Shown: positions 26,260-40,100 of the stretch, in pieces
How the letters are laid out: every line of letters begins with the position of its first letter
How positions within the stretch are numbered: position 1 is the stretch's first letter
NCBI GenBank assembly: GCA_028826165.1
Contig: JAPDFW010000133.1
Coordinates: 62,001-126,000, forward strand
Origin: Anaeramoeba ignava BMAN
Lineage: Eukaryota; Protista; Anaeramoebae
Direction: 5' to 3'
Length of the DNA: 64,000 nucleotides
Made by a program: the position numbers and the translations under genes
The notes under the pieces: generated by a model
Databases searched by the model: none
Told to the model about the DNA's origin: nothing
Seen by the model: the letters and a program-made list of their open reading frames with translations, nothing else

Positions 26260-29200
26260 TTAAAATTTAAATTCACTGTTTGATTTTGAATCATGAACCA
26301 ATTCTAAATGTCTTTGAAACTCTTTTGAATCAAAAGTAGAAAACAAACAATCAGATTTCAAACAACAAAATTTATGAATATTTTTAACTGAAGGAAGAAA
26401 TTGGTCAGATTGAGCAAAATTCTGATCATGAATTTCCTCAAGAAAAGAGCGGAATCTCTGAGGGAAATTAAAAGAAGGAGAAGGAGAGAAAAAACGGGAA
26501 TTATTATTAGCAAAAGAACGGAAAAGATAAAGAGAACGCAACGGATGAACTGAACAATGAGGACAATTAGGATTTTTACACTTTGTGAAACTAGTAAAAT
26601 ACTGTCTCATGTCAATATGCTTAAAGAAGAAGATAAACTCCTGGCGCAGCTGGAAAAGCTTTGGATCTCCAGAGACCTCTTGCGGATCCGACGCAAGAAA
26701 CAGTCTCAAGAGATGGTAATCGTGGTAATAATCAGGGATCGATGAGTCAGGCGCATATTTAGCTTTGATTTCCAAGTCCGAAAACTGAAGCTCCTCAATA
26801 AACGAAATCAACTCTTTTGATGCATGACGGAATATGCTGTGTTCTTGCTTATTCAACTCTTTTTCCTGCAGATTTGCTTGGAAACAAGGTGGAGTTCTTT
26901 CGTTTTTATAACATGCACTTATTCCGTTATTTTTCATCTTCTTTCGGAAAATTTCCCAAAACTTCAACAACACATTTGTCTCGATAGAATGCGTGTTCCG
27001 ATCGCGTGATTGTGCGCTGCGTTTCTGGAAAGAATTATTTGGATCAGGTCCATAAGTTGAAATGGCCAAAAAATCAAGATCAAGATCTCTCCACAATCTT
27101 CCGAAATAAAATATCGCAATCAGAGACTGTGGATCGAGATCTGGATCGCCATAATCAACAACAAGACTCAGTGCTGGTTTGATTTCTGCTTGTTTTAGTA
27201 TTTTTATTATGTCATTCGCGTGAGTCTCTGCAGTCGTAACCACAAACTTCGAAGGTCTTAAAACAACGTCAATTGTTCCATGACTAGGAAAACCTAAATG
27301 CGGTCTTGATAAATCATCGATATATGTGTTTTTATCACTTTCAAAATGTGCAGTGAGAAACCCTGAAGGCACCAGATCATATCCAGGAAAAGGTCCCAAT
27401 AAATTTGCAAATTTTTGATCCGAAAACCGAAAAAATTGAGAAAGTTGGAACGACGTTTGGGTTGGTGAGCTGATCCCCAAATAAACAGATGGCAGACGGC
27501 TGCATATCATTAGTGTCATCTCTTCCGTGTTTTGCGATGCAAACTCCACTAAGTGTCTGATCTGTGTCTGGCAGAAACTTGAGTCAATATGCATGTCAAT
27601 GCGTGCAGTTGATTTTCCTCGATTGTTCTTCTCTATAAGTTTTTCTTCATCTCTTGCTAACGGACTGAATCTCTGCGAATCGTCGACAAAAAATTTGACA
27701 AGGTCTCCCGAGATGTCGATTGCGTTTTTGATCTTGCGTGAAGACTCCTGAAGAATCAATTCGCACATTTTTCTTGCTTCTTTCGGCAATTTTTCAATTA
27801 AATTTAAAGGAGAAAAAAAGTTTTTTTCTGAAGGAATCAAGTCAAATATTCTTTTACTTGAATCGGCAAAAAAAGAGGGGATTTTCTGCTTTTTTTGGGG
27901 GGATATTTTTTTGTTTTTCTTTTCTTTAGTTTTGTCCGTTTCTGATCCGCTCAAGATCTCTTCATCAATCTTCATAAACTCCTCAAATTGTTTCTTGTTC
28001 TCAAGTGTGTGCATGTTGAGAAAGATGGATCGTTGGTTTCTTTTGATGCGAAAAAGTGGGCATCTTTTTGTCAATTGGATCTCCAGTGAATTTGAAAGGG
28101 TTGGCGGTATTGTATATTTGTCCAGAATATACTTGAGATCAACCGCGTTAATGTTTTTCATTTCGTGGATAAAGCTGGACATTTTTGTGTGCGGCATTGG
28201 ATACAATTCCTCACCCAAATTGATAAGATGAATCAATTTTTTTTGGGATTCATACCATTCTGCAGAATTTATTCCTGAAATTTCAGTTGTTAAGTCGCCA
28301 TTTTGGTTTTCTGAAAAACCCAATGAATTGTAATTGAACCGATCGTCAAAACGCATGTCGTGAAACTGGTAAGGAAGGGGATCAATCGAGTAAATATCGT
28401 GTTCTGTTTGCATGTCATCAAATTCAAAAAAAAACGGATTTGATTGGGATTGCAATGGGTCTTCAAATCGTGTATTAAGCCCCAACCCCCTTGATTGTGA
28501 ATTCTCAAAAATCTCTTTTGTGATGAACAAATCATTTCCCAAAAACGATGGGTTCTTGTTGTTAATTCTAAATTCTCTCGCCCAATTTTCGGGTGAAAAT
28601 CTGATATCAAATGCGTTTTGTGGATCTAAATTCATATCAAATTGCTGTTTTGGATTCATGTTTATTTGGTTTGTTTTCATCAGTTCCTTTTCTTCTATTA
28701 TTTCTTGTTTGTTTTGTAATTTATTTGTGGAGTCTATTTCGTTTGTATTGATAAGATGCTTGTTTTCGAATATAAATGCATTTTGATTTTGAATTTGATT
28801 TTGAATTTGATTTTGAATTTGATTTTCTGAATTAAATGTTTCGTTTAAAAGTTTGTCCAAATTTTCAATTGGATCATCAATTTGGTTCTTGCGCTTTTTC
28901 TCTTTTCTTGTTTGCGGATTTGTTTTGATGAATGAATTGATTGTATTATCACTTCTAGAGCGTATTATAGAATCATCAAAAAAATCATTTTGAATTTGAT
29001 TTTGATTTTGATTTTGAATTTGAATTTGATTTTGAATTTGAATTTGAATTTGATTTTGAATTTGAATTTGATTTTGATTTTGATTTTGATTTTGAATTTG
29101 ATTTTGATTTTGATTTTGATTTTGAATTTCATTTAGATTTTGATTTTGATTTTGATTTTCATTTTCATTTTGATTTTCATTTAGTCGATCTTTGCTTCTT

Positions 29201-30123
29201 GTTCGCATTTTTTCCTTTGTAAATTCTTGTTCACCAGGCGAAAATGAATTTGCCTTTTTAATTTTCGTTTTTGAATAAGTTTTTTCTTTTTTCTTGCTCT
29301 TCTTTTTTTTACTTTTTTTCTTTTCATCCTTGTTTTTCTTCTCCCTTTTCTTTTTCTCCTTGTTTTTCTTTTTAACTTCCTCATTCCTCAGCGCTGTTAC
29401 ACTTGTTCTTTGTCTATATATGCGTTTTCTTAGTCTTTTTTTAGCCGACAAAATCAATCCAATAAAATCTTGTAAATTTGAAAGAAAACCCAAAATTTGA
29501 TCCGAATCACCAATCATTTCCTCAGTTGGTAAATGAGTCAAACCATGAAGAGCCGCACATATATCCAGGAAACTATTTTCCACAGATTCAATACTCTGGG
29601 CAAGAACTGTTTTCTGCTGTGGCGGACGCTTTAAATTATTCTCATATTCCTCTTTCAATTTCGCATAATTAATCCAATGCTTTGCTGTTGTTTTGAGGTT
29701 CTGGATCAGATTATGATTTTTTTTGAGCTGAGACGGGAGAATCAATTCAGGAGAACATTTGCTAATAAGTTGTGCTAAAGCATCAGATGGACTGATCGAC
29801 TTTACTTTTTTCTTTTTTACTTTTTGTTTTTTTGGCATTTTTTTCTTTTTTGTTTGTCTAACTTCAGGTTGCCATCCTTTTGTATAATTTCTAACATATT
29901 CTGTATCTGATTTCACTTGATTCCATTCTTTTTGTGCTTTTTGAAAGATTTTTTCTTTTGATTCGTCACCTGAATAATTAGAAAAAAAACAGTTGACAAA
30001 ATATTCATAAAGATTTCGCGGTTTTTTATAAATTGCTTGTATTTTTTGTTTTGATTTCGATTTTTTTTGCTTTTGATTTTCTTTTTCTTTTTCTTTTTCT
30101 TTTTCTTTTTCTTTTGGCAACAT
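26260..30123 (-). CDS. Intronless 1287-aa protein: HMG-box-like N-terminus plus a Zator-type transposase-derived C-terminal domain
   Basis: Long uninterrupted ORF. N-terminal KKPRNLYEYF...AQKEWNQVK. C-terminal HIDSSFC..IRHLVEFA, LVPSGF, RPSKF..TAETHAND, KPALSLVVDYGDPD, GRLWRDLDLD, HSIE, KCKNPNCPHC and a terminal C2H2-like motif. Confidence 0.75.
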   Translation of the reverse strand: MLPKEKEKEKEKEKENQKQKKSKSKQKIQAIYKKPRNLYEYFVNCFFSNYSGDESKEKIFQKAQKEWNQVKSDTEYVRNYTKGWQPEVRQTKKKKMPKKQKVKKKKVKSISPSDALAQLISKCSPELILPSQLKKNHNLIQNLKTTAKHWINYAKLKEEYENNLKRPPQQKTVLAQSIESVENSFLDICAALHGLTHLPTEEMIGDSDQILGFLSNLQDFIGLILSAKKRLRKRIYRQRTSVTALRNEEVKKKNKEKKKREKKNKDEKKKSKKKKSKKKEKTYSKTKIKKANSFSPGEQEFTKEKMRTRSKDRLNENQNENENQNQNQNLNEIQNQNQNQNQIQNQNQNQNQIQIQNQIQIQIQNQIQIQNQNQNQIQNDFFDDSIIRSRSDNTINSFIKTNPQTRKEKKRKNQIDDPIENLDKLLNETFNSENQIQNQIQNQIQNQNAFIFENKHLINTNEIDSTNKLQNKQEIIEEKELMKTNQINMNPKQQFDMNLDPQNAFDIRFSPENWAREFRINNKNPSFLGNDLFITKEIFENSQSRGLGLNTRFEDPLQSQSNPFFFEFDDMQTEHDIYSIDPLPYQFHDMRFDDRFNYNSLGFSENQNGDLTTEISGINSAEWYESQKKLIHLINLGEELYPMPHTKMSSFIHEMKNINAVDLKYILDKYTIPPTLSNSLEIQLTKRCPLFRIKRNQRSIFLNMHTLENKKQFEEFMKIDEEILSGSETDKTKEKKNKKISPQKKQKIPSFFADSSKRIFDLIPSEKNFFSPLNLIEKLPKEARKMCELILQESSRKIKNAIDISGDLVKFFVDDSQRFSPLARDEEKLIEKNNRGKSTARIDMHIDSSFCQTQIRHLVEFASQNTEEMTLMICSRLPSVYLGISSPTQTSFQLSQFFRFSDQKFANLLGPFPGYDLVPSGFLTAHFESDKNTYIDDLSRPHLGFPSHGTIDVVLRPSKFVVTTAETHANDIIKILKQAEIKPALSLVVDYGDPDLDPQSLIAIFYFGRLWRDLDLDFLAISTYGPDPNNSFQKRSAQSRDRNTHSIETNVLLKFWEIFRKKMKNNGISACYKNERTPPCFQANLQEKELNKQEHSIFRHASKELISFIEELQFSDLEIKAKYAPDSSIPDYYHDYHLLRLFLASDPQEVSGDPKLFQLRQEFIFFFKHIDMRQYFTSFTKCKNPNCPHCSVHPLRSLYLFRSFANNNSRFFSPSPSFNFPQRFRSFLEEIHDQNFAQSDQFLPSVKNIHKFCCLKSDCLFSTFDSKEFQRHLELVHDSKSNSEFKF

Positions 30124-30364
30124 GTTTAGTTTATTTTCTAAATATTAAAAATTATAAATTAAAAACAAAAATGAATTTTTTTTTTTTTTGTAAATTTTTA
30201 TTTTTTGTAAATTATTTTTTTTTGAATGTTTCAAAAAAAATGTTTAAAGAAAAACAATTAGTTTCATTTTTATTAATAAAACCCAATTCAAAAGCTGTTT
30301 AAATTTACCATTTTTTTTTCCAACAAATCTTTAAAATAATCTTTTTTAATTTCTTAAATTTAAT

Positions 30365-31990
30365 TAATTTTCTTAATAAAATAAAATAAATCAAAAAAAG
30401 GATTATTAATTATTTTTACTATTTATTTATTAAAAGATTTAATTTTATAATTAAATATTATTAGCCCCTTATTATTTAATTTTCTTTTTTTGATCAAATC
30501 CAAAATAAAAAAATAAATAAATTTAATCAATTTTCTTAATAAAATAAAATAAATCAAAAAAGGGATTATTAAATATTTTCATTATTTATTTATTAAAAGA
30601 TTTAATTTTCTAATTAAAATATTATTAAACCCTTATTATTTAATTTTCTTTTTTTGATCAAATCCAAAATGAAAAAATAAATAAATTTAATCAATTTTCT
30701 TAATAAAATAAAATAAATCAAAAAAAGGATTATTAAATATTTTTATTATTTATTTATTAAAAGATTTAATTTTCTAATTTAAATATTATTAACCCTTATT
30801 ATTTAATTTTCTTTTTTTGATCAAATCCAAAATGAAAAATAAATAAATTTAATCAATTTTCTTAATAAAATAAAATAAATCAAAAAAAGGATTATTAAAT
30901 ATTTTTATTATTTATTTATTAAAAGATTTAATTTTCTAATTAAAATATTATTAACCCCTTATTATTTAATTTTCTTTTTTTGATCAAATCTAAAATAAAA
31001 AAATAAATAAATTTAATCAATTTTCTTAATAAAATAAATTAAATCAAAAAAAGGATTATTAAGTATTTTTATTATTTATTTATTAAAAGATTTAATTTTA
31101 TAATTAAAATATTATAAAACCCTTATTATTTAATTTTCTTTTTTTGATCAAATCTAAAATGAAAAAATAAATAAATTTAATCAATTTTCTTAATAAAATA
31201 AAATAAATCATAAAAAGGATTATTAAGTATTTTTATTATTTATTTATTAAAAGATTTAATTTTATAATTTAAATATTATTAACCCCTTATTATTTAATTT
31301 TCTTTTTTTGATCAAATCCAAAAAGAAAAAATAAATAAATTTAATCAATTTTCTTAATAAAATAAAATAAATCATAAAAAGGATTATTAATTATTTTCAT
31401 TATTTATTTATTAAAAGATTTAATTTTCTAATTAAAATATTATTAACCCCTTATTATTTAATTTTCTTTTTGATCAAATCCAAAAATAAAAATAAATAAA
31501 TTTAATCAATTTTCTTAATAAAATAAAATAAATCAAAAAGGATTATTAAATATTTTTATTATTTATTTATTAAAAGATTTAATTTTCTAATTAAAACTAT
31601 TATTAAACCCTTATTATTTAATTTTCTTTTTGATCAAATCCAAAAATGAAAAATAAATAAATTTAATCAATTTTCTTAATAAAATAAAATAAATCATAAA
31701 AAGGATTATTAAATATTTTTATTATTTATTTATTAAAAGATTTAATTTTATAATTAAAATATTATTAAACCCTTATTATTTAATTTTCTTTTTTTGATCA
31801 AATCTAAAATGAAAAAATAAATAAATTTAATCAATTTTCTTAATAAAATAAAATAAATCAAAAAAAGGATTATTAATTATTTTTATTATTTATTTATTAA
31901 AAGATTTAATTTTATAATTAAAATATTATTAACCCCTTATTATTTAATTTTCTTTTTTTGATCAAATCTAAAATGAAAAAATAAATAAAA
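30365..31990. repeat. Tandem array of a ~163 bp unit, ~10 copies
   Basis: GGATTATTAA recurs at ~30400, 30563, 30727, 30889, 31053, 31217, 31381, 31540, 31703, 31867. Confidence 0.95.
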
Positions 31991-32046
31991 ATTGCTTTTT
32001 TATTTCAATTGCAATTTAAATGAAAAAAAAAAATATTTTTTTTATT

Positions 32047-35205
<3,159 letters not shown>

Positions 35206-35420
35206 TCAATAAAATAAAATAAATTTGTTTTTGTTTTTGTTTTTGTTTTTGTTTTGAATAAAAGAAAAGAAAAAGGAAAAAAAATGAAAAAGTTTTTCAG
35301 AATTTTTTCTTCTTTTAAATTCTTTTATTCTTTTTTTGGATACCTCAATCTTAATTCTTTTTTTTTTTTATTAAAATTTTTTTTTTAAATAGTGTTTTAA
35401 TTCTTCTTTTGTTTTTCATC

Positions 35421-36893
35421 TTAATTGAAAAATACTTCAATTGCTTTATTTTTCCATTCACTAAATTTTCCAGCCAGATATTTCTTTCTCAATCTGGAAT
35501 TTTTATTAATTCCTTTAGGTAAATCATAAACTAATCCAAATTCCGAATACCAATTATCAAAATCTCCATCAGGATCTCTACTATCATTAAAAAAACAAAA
35601 ATCACCATCTCCAAAAATTGGGCCTGAATCATAATCATAAAAAATAGCCTTATCTTCTTTTCCTTTACTGACTAAAAATTTTTCTGGTTTTCTTTTTTCA
35701 TTTCCACCTTTTAGTGAAAATATAAATGCTTTTTCATCTCGAATTGCTTTAGATTCTTCTTTTTCATTAGTTTGCTTTATAAATCCTACTTCTGTAAATC
35801 CCCCAAAAATATAATCTTCCTTTGTTTGAACCAAAACTAGTGTTTTTCCCTTTCCATCACATTTTTGATGGAAAGATCTTGCATTCATTCCATCTTTTTT
35901 TGCTGAATATCCCAATTTTAATTTTCTAAAAAAAATTGGATCGTTGATCCAAAAATATAATTTCTTTATCAATTCTCTTTCATTGTATAAAACGGAATCT
36001 TTTGGGAAATGGATTCTTGGTTGAAACATCAATAAAGAATCACTTTTTTCGCTTTTTTCGCTTTTTTCACTTTTTTTGCTTTTTTCTTGATTTTCTTCAA
36101 AATTTAAAATTTCTGAATAAATTTCTTTTGAAATTAATTTAAATTCCCAAATTTTCTCAACTTCTTCTTTTTCAATTTCACAAAATCGGATTTTCTTGAT
36201 CAAATTCTTCATTTTAACTGCTAATTTATCATTTTCACAATTCGATAAATTTTCAATTCCAATTGGATTGTTAATATTGAATTGAGCCCATTTGATTAAA
36301 GTATGCAATAAATTAAGTTCATTTTCAACAATTAAATCATCATTTTCCAAAATCAACCCAAATTCTTCTTCATCCATTTTAAAGTATAATTGATTTTCAA
36401 TAATTTTATCAAAATTAAGAGCAATAACTTCCATGCATTTTTTATAAATTTGATCCAAATTAAACTGTTTTGCAATTTCCAAAATTTCAACTGAATTTTC
36501 AAAAGAAATATTTTCCGAAGCACATTTTCCAAGAAAAACAAAAAGTTCTGGATCATTAACAAGAAATTTCTGGAATTGGATCATTAACTCAATCACATTT
36601 TGTGGATCAACTTGAATATTTCCTGTATAAATATATTGCAATATTTTCTTCATAATTTCAAAAGAAACATCCAATTCAACTTTTCCTTCTTGATCTTCTT
36701 TCATTTTACTTCTAAATAATCCCTTGAAATATTCACTTCTGCTCGCAAGAATTATTCGATGACAATAAAAAATCTTCTTTTCTTTTTGCTCTTTTGAAAT
36801 TGTTGTTTCTAAATTCGGAACGTGAATTTGAAAGTCACTAAAATTATTTTCTTTTTCTAAAAAAATATTTTCTTCAATATTTTTTGAAAGCAA
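35421..36893 (-). CDS. BTB-BACK-TLDc domain protein (true start uncertain, probably near 36991)
   Basis: FSDF..HRIILASRSEYFKGLF (BTB); ENELNLLHTLIKW (BACK); FHQKCDGKGKTLVLV, IFGGFT, AFIFSL, GPIFG, IEVF (TLDc). The ATG at 36991 is one base out of frame across A-runs. Confidence 0.88.
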   Translation of the reverse strand: MLSKNIEENIFLEKENNFSDFQIHVPNLETTISKEQKEKKIFYCHRIILASRSEYFKGLFRSKMKEDQEGKVELDVSFEIMKKILQYIYTGNIQVDPQNVIELMIQFQKFLVNDPELFVFLGKCASENISFENSVEILEIAKQFNLDQIYKKCMEVIALNFDKIIENQLYFKMDEEEFGLILENDDLIVENELNLLHTLIKWAQFNINNPIGIENLSNCENDKLAVKMKNLIKKIRFCEIEKEEVEKIWEFKLISKEIYSEILNFEENQEKSKKSEKSEKSEKSDSLLMFQPRIHFPKDSVLYNERELIKKLYFWINDPIFFRKLKLGYSAKKDGMNARSFHQKCDGKGKTLVLVQTKEDYIFGGFTEVGFIKQTNEKEESKAIRDEKAFIFSLKGGNEKRKPEKFLVSKGKEDKAIFYDYDSGPIFGDGDFCFFNDSRDPDGDFDNWYSEFGLVYDLPKGINKNSRLRKKYLAGKFSEWKNKAIEVFFN

Positions 36894-37187
36894 ATTAAAA
36901 TTTTGAAATGAATAAGTTTTTGTTTCGTTTTCTTTTGCTTCTTTTTAGTTTGCTTTTTTTTTGGTTTTTTTTTGATTCTTGATTTTTTCATTTTGTTTTT
37001 TAAAATAAAAAATAAAAAATGAAAAATGAAAAATGAATTTTATTCAAAAAAAATTTATTTACATTAAAATAAATTCTCTTTTGAAATAATTCTTATTGTT
37101 TTTTTTTTATAAATAAATTGAGAATAATCAAATTAAGATTTTATTTTTCTTTTTCTCTTTTCCTTAATTTTCAAGAAAAGAAACAAA

Positions 37188-40100
37188 TTATTTTTTGCAA
37201 ATATCTTCAAAAATAGAAGAATCTAATAAAAATGAAATATCTTCATTATTTTCAATAGTTTCATTATTTTCATTATTTCCAATATTTCCAATATTTAAAT
37301 TTTGTTGATTTTTTTGAGGTGATTTTGGTAATTTTTTAATTTGGATTTTCGGATCAATTTTTGGAATTGATAAAATGAAAGGATTTTGGGAAGAGTGTGT
37401 GACTTTTTCAATTTGATTTTGATTTTGATTTTGATTTTGATTTTGATTTTGATTTTCAATTTGATTTTCAATTTGATTTTCAATTTGATTTTGATTTTGA
37501 TTTTCAATTTGATTTTGATTTTGATTTTGATTTTGATTTTCAATTTGATATTGATTTTGATTTTCAATTTGATTTTGATTTTGATTTTCAATTTGATTTT
37601 CAATTTGATTTTCAATTTGATTTTGATTTTGATTTTGATTTTGATTTTGATTTTGATTTTCAATTTGATTTTGATTTTGATTTTGATTTTGATTTTCAAT
37701 TTGATTTTGATTTTGATTTTGATTTTGATTTTCAATTTGATTTTGATTTTGATTTTGATTTTGATTTTCAATTTGATTTTGATTTTGATTTTGATTTTGA
37801 TTTTCAATTTGATTTTGATTTTGATTTTCAATTTGATTTTCAATTTGATTTTGATTTTGATTTTGATTTTGATTTTCAATTTGATTTTGATTTTGATTTT
37901 CAATTTGATTTTCAATTTGATTTTCAATTTGATTTTCAATTTGATTTTCAATTTGATTACTTTGATCTAAATTTAAAATATGTTTTAATGGTTGAAATTT
38001 TTCAAATTCTCCAAAATTAATTGGCAAATTTTGATTGGTTTGTGTTTTTGTATCTTTTCCAAAAATTTTCTTCAAATCTGAGAAATAGTTATTAATTTGA
38101 GGAAATTTAGTTGAAGGTGAAAAATTAAATTTTAAATTTGTATTTAAATTTGTATTTAGATTTGTATTTAGATTTGTATTTAGATTTGGATTTAAATTTG
38201 GATTTAGATTTGTATTTAGATTTGGATTTAGATTTGGATTTAATTTTCTTCAAATTTGAGATTAAGATTTGGATTTAGATTTGTATTTAGATTTGTATTT
38301 AGATTTGGATTTAAATTTGGATTTAGATTTGTATTTAGATTTGGATTTAGATTTGGATTTAAATTTGGATTTAGATTTGTATTTAGATTTGGATTTAGAT
38401 TTGTATTTAAATTAAAGGTTTTTAATTTTTGGGGAGAAAAAGATGAGATATCGTTTCCATTTTGATTATTAATAAAACTATCATTTGATTTAAAATTCAA
38501 ATTTGGAAATAATTTTTCTGATAATTGATGCTCATATATTTTTTTTTGAAGTTCTGAAAATCCATTTTGAGTATTAAATAAAGAGTTATTATTAAAGATG
38601 GAATTAAAATTTTGATTAAAGAAATTTGGAAATGATTGAGATTGTTGTGGAAAATTTGAATGAATTTCATTTTCATTTTGAATTTGAATTTGATTTTGAT
38701 TTTGAATTGGATTTTGAATAGGATTTTGAATTGGATTTTGAATTGGATTTTGAATTGGATTTTGAATTGGATTTTGAATTGGATTTTGAATTGTATTTTG
38801 AATTGTATTTTGAATTGGATTTTGAATTGGATTTTGAATAGGATTTTGAATTTCGTTTTGAATTTGATTTTGAATTGGATTTTGAATTTGATTTTGAATT
38901 TCATTTTGAATTTGATTTTGAATTGGATTTTGAATTGGATTTTGAATAGGATTTTGAATTTCGTTTTGAATTGGATTTTGAATAGGATTTTGAATTTGAT
39001 TTTGAATAGGATTTTGAATTGCATTTTGAATAGGATTTTGAATAGGATTTTGAATTTGATTTTGAATTTGATTTTGAATAGGATTTTGAATTTGATTTTG
39101 AATTTGATTTTGAATTGGATCTTGAATTGGATCTCGAATTGGATTTTGAATTTGATTTTGGTTTTCTTGATAAAAATTATTTGAAAAATAAAAATTTTGA
39201 TTTTGTGAAGGAACTGGCAAAGAATACTCATATTTTTGTGGTTGGTGAAGATTATTTAGCATATAATTTTGTGGAGAAGTTTCTAAAAGAGAATAGTCAT
39301 AATTATTTGAGAAATTATTTTGTAAATTATGATAATTTGAATATATATTTTGTTGAGAAGGAATTAGCATCATTTCAATATAATTCCAATCAATATATCT
39401 TTTTTTTTGGTTGTCAAGTACAGTATGTGCTTTTGCTGGTTCTTTAAATGATACAAAAGCATCTTGTGTAAATCTTGATTTGTTTTGGAATGTTAAGTAA
39501 ATTCCTTTAGGGTTGATTTTAAATTGGTTGAATAAATGAACGATATCTGATACTTTTGAATAATAAGGAATATTTTTTAACATTAAAATTGAATTTTGTT
39601 GGAATCTAGAAAGAAATTGTTGAACATCTGTTCTTTGTAATAATTCATTTGAAAATCCAAATTCTAAATGTGGTTTATAAATAGTAATTGCTTTAAATGA
39701 AATTTCTTCAATTTCTTTCCCTCTCAAAAATGCATAAGCAAATGCAAGTTCTCGATGATTATCGAAATAAACGTATGCAGACTTTTTCCTTTTGATAATT
39801 TGTATATTCGTAACTTTTCCAAAACGTTCGCATATTTTTCGTATTCTTTCTTTTGTTGATTTTTGTGAGATTTTCTTAATCCAAAGTGTTTTACTATATT
39901 GAAAATCTCCATAATTTGTAAAAAATCCTGTAATTTCTCTGATATCTGCCTCAGAAATTTGGGATATCTTGATTGGAGTTGGGTTGCTTTTTGTAAATTT
40001 TTGATTTTTCATTTGATATTTTTTTTGATTTTGATTTATGATTTTCATTTTGATTTTGATTTTGATTTTGATTTTGATTTTGATTTTGATTTTGATTTTG

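Noticed and set aside
26200-30365. Complete autonomous transposon around the 1287-aa ORF
   Set aside because: No terminal inverted repeats or target-site duplication recognisable, and the catalytic motifs are degenerate.
30365-31990. Regular arrays as CRISPR-like loci
   Set aside because: Whole units repeat with no unique spacers; no cas genes; eukaryotic context.
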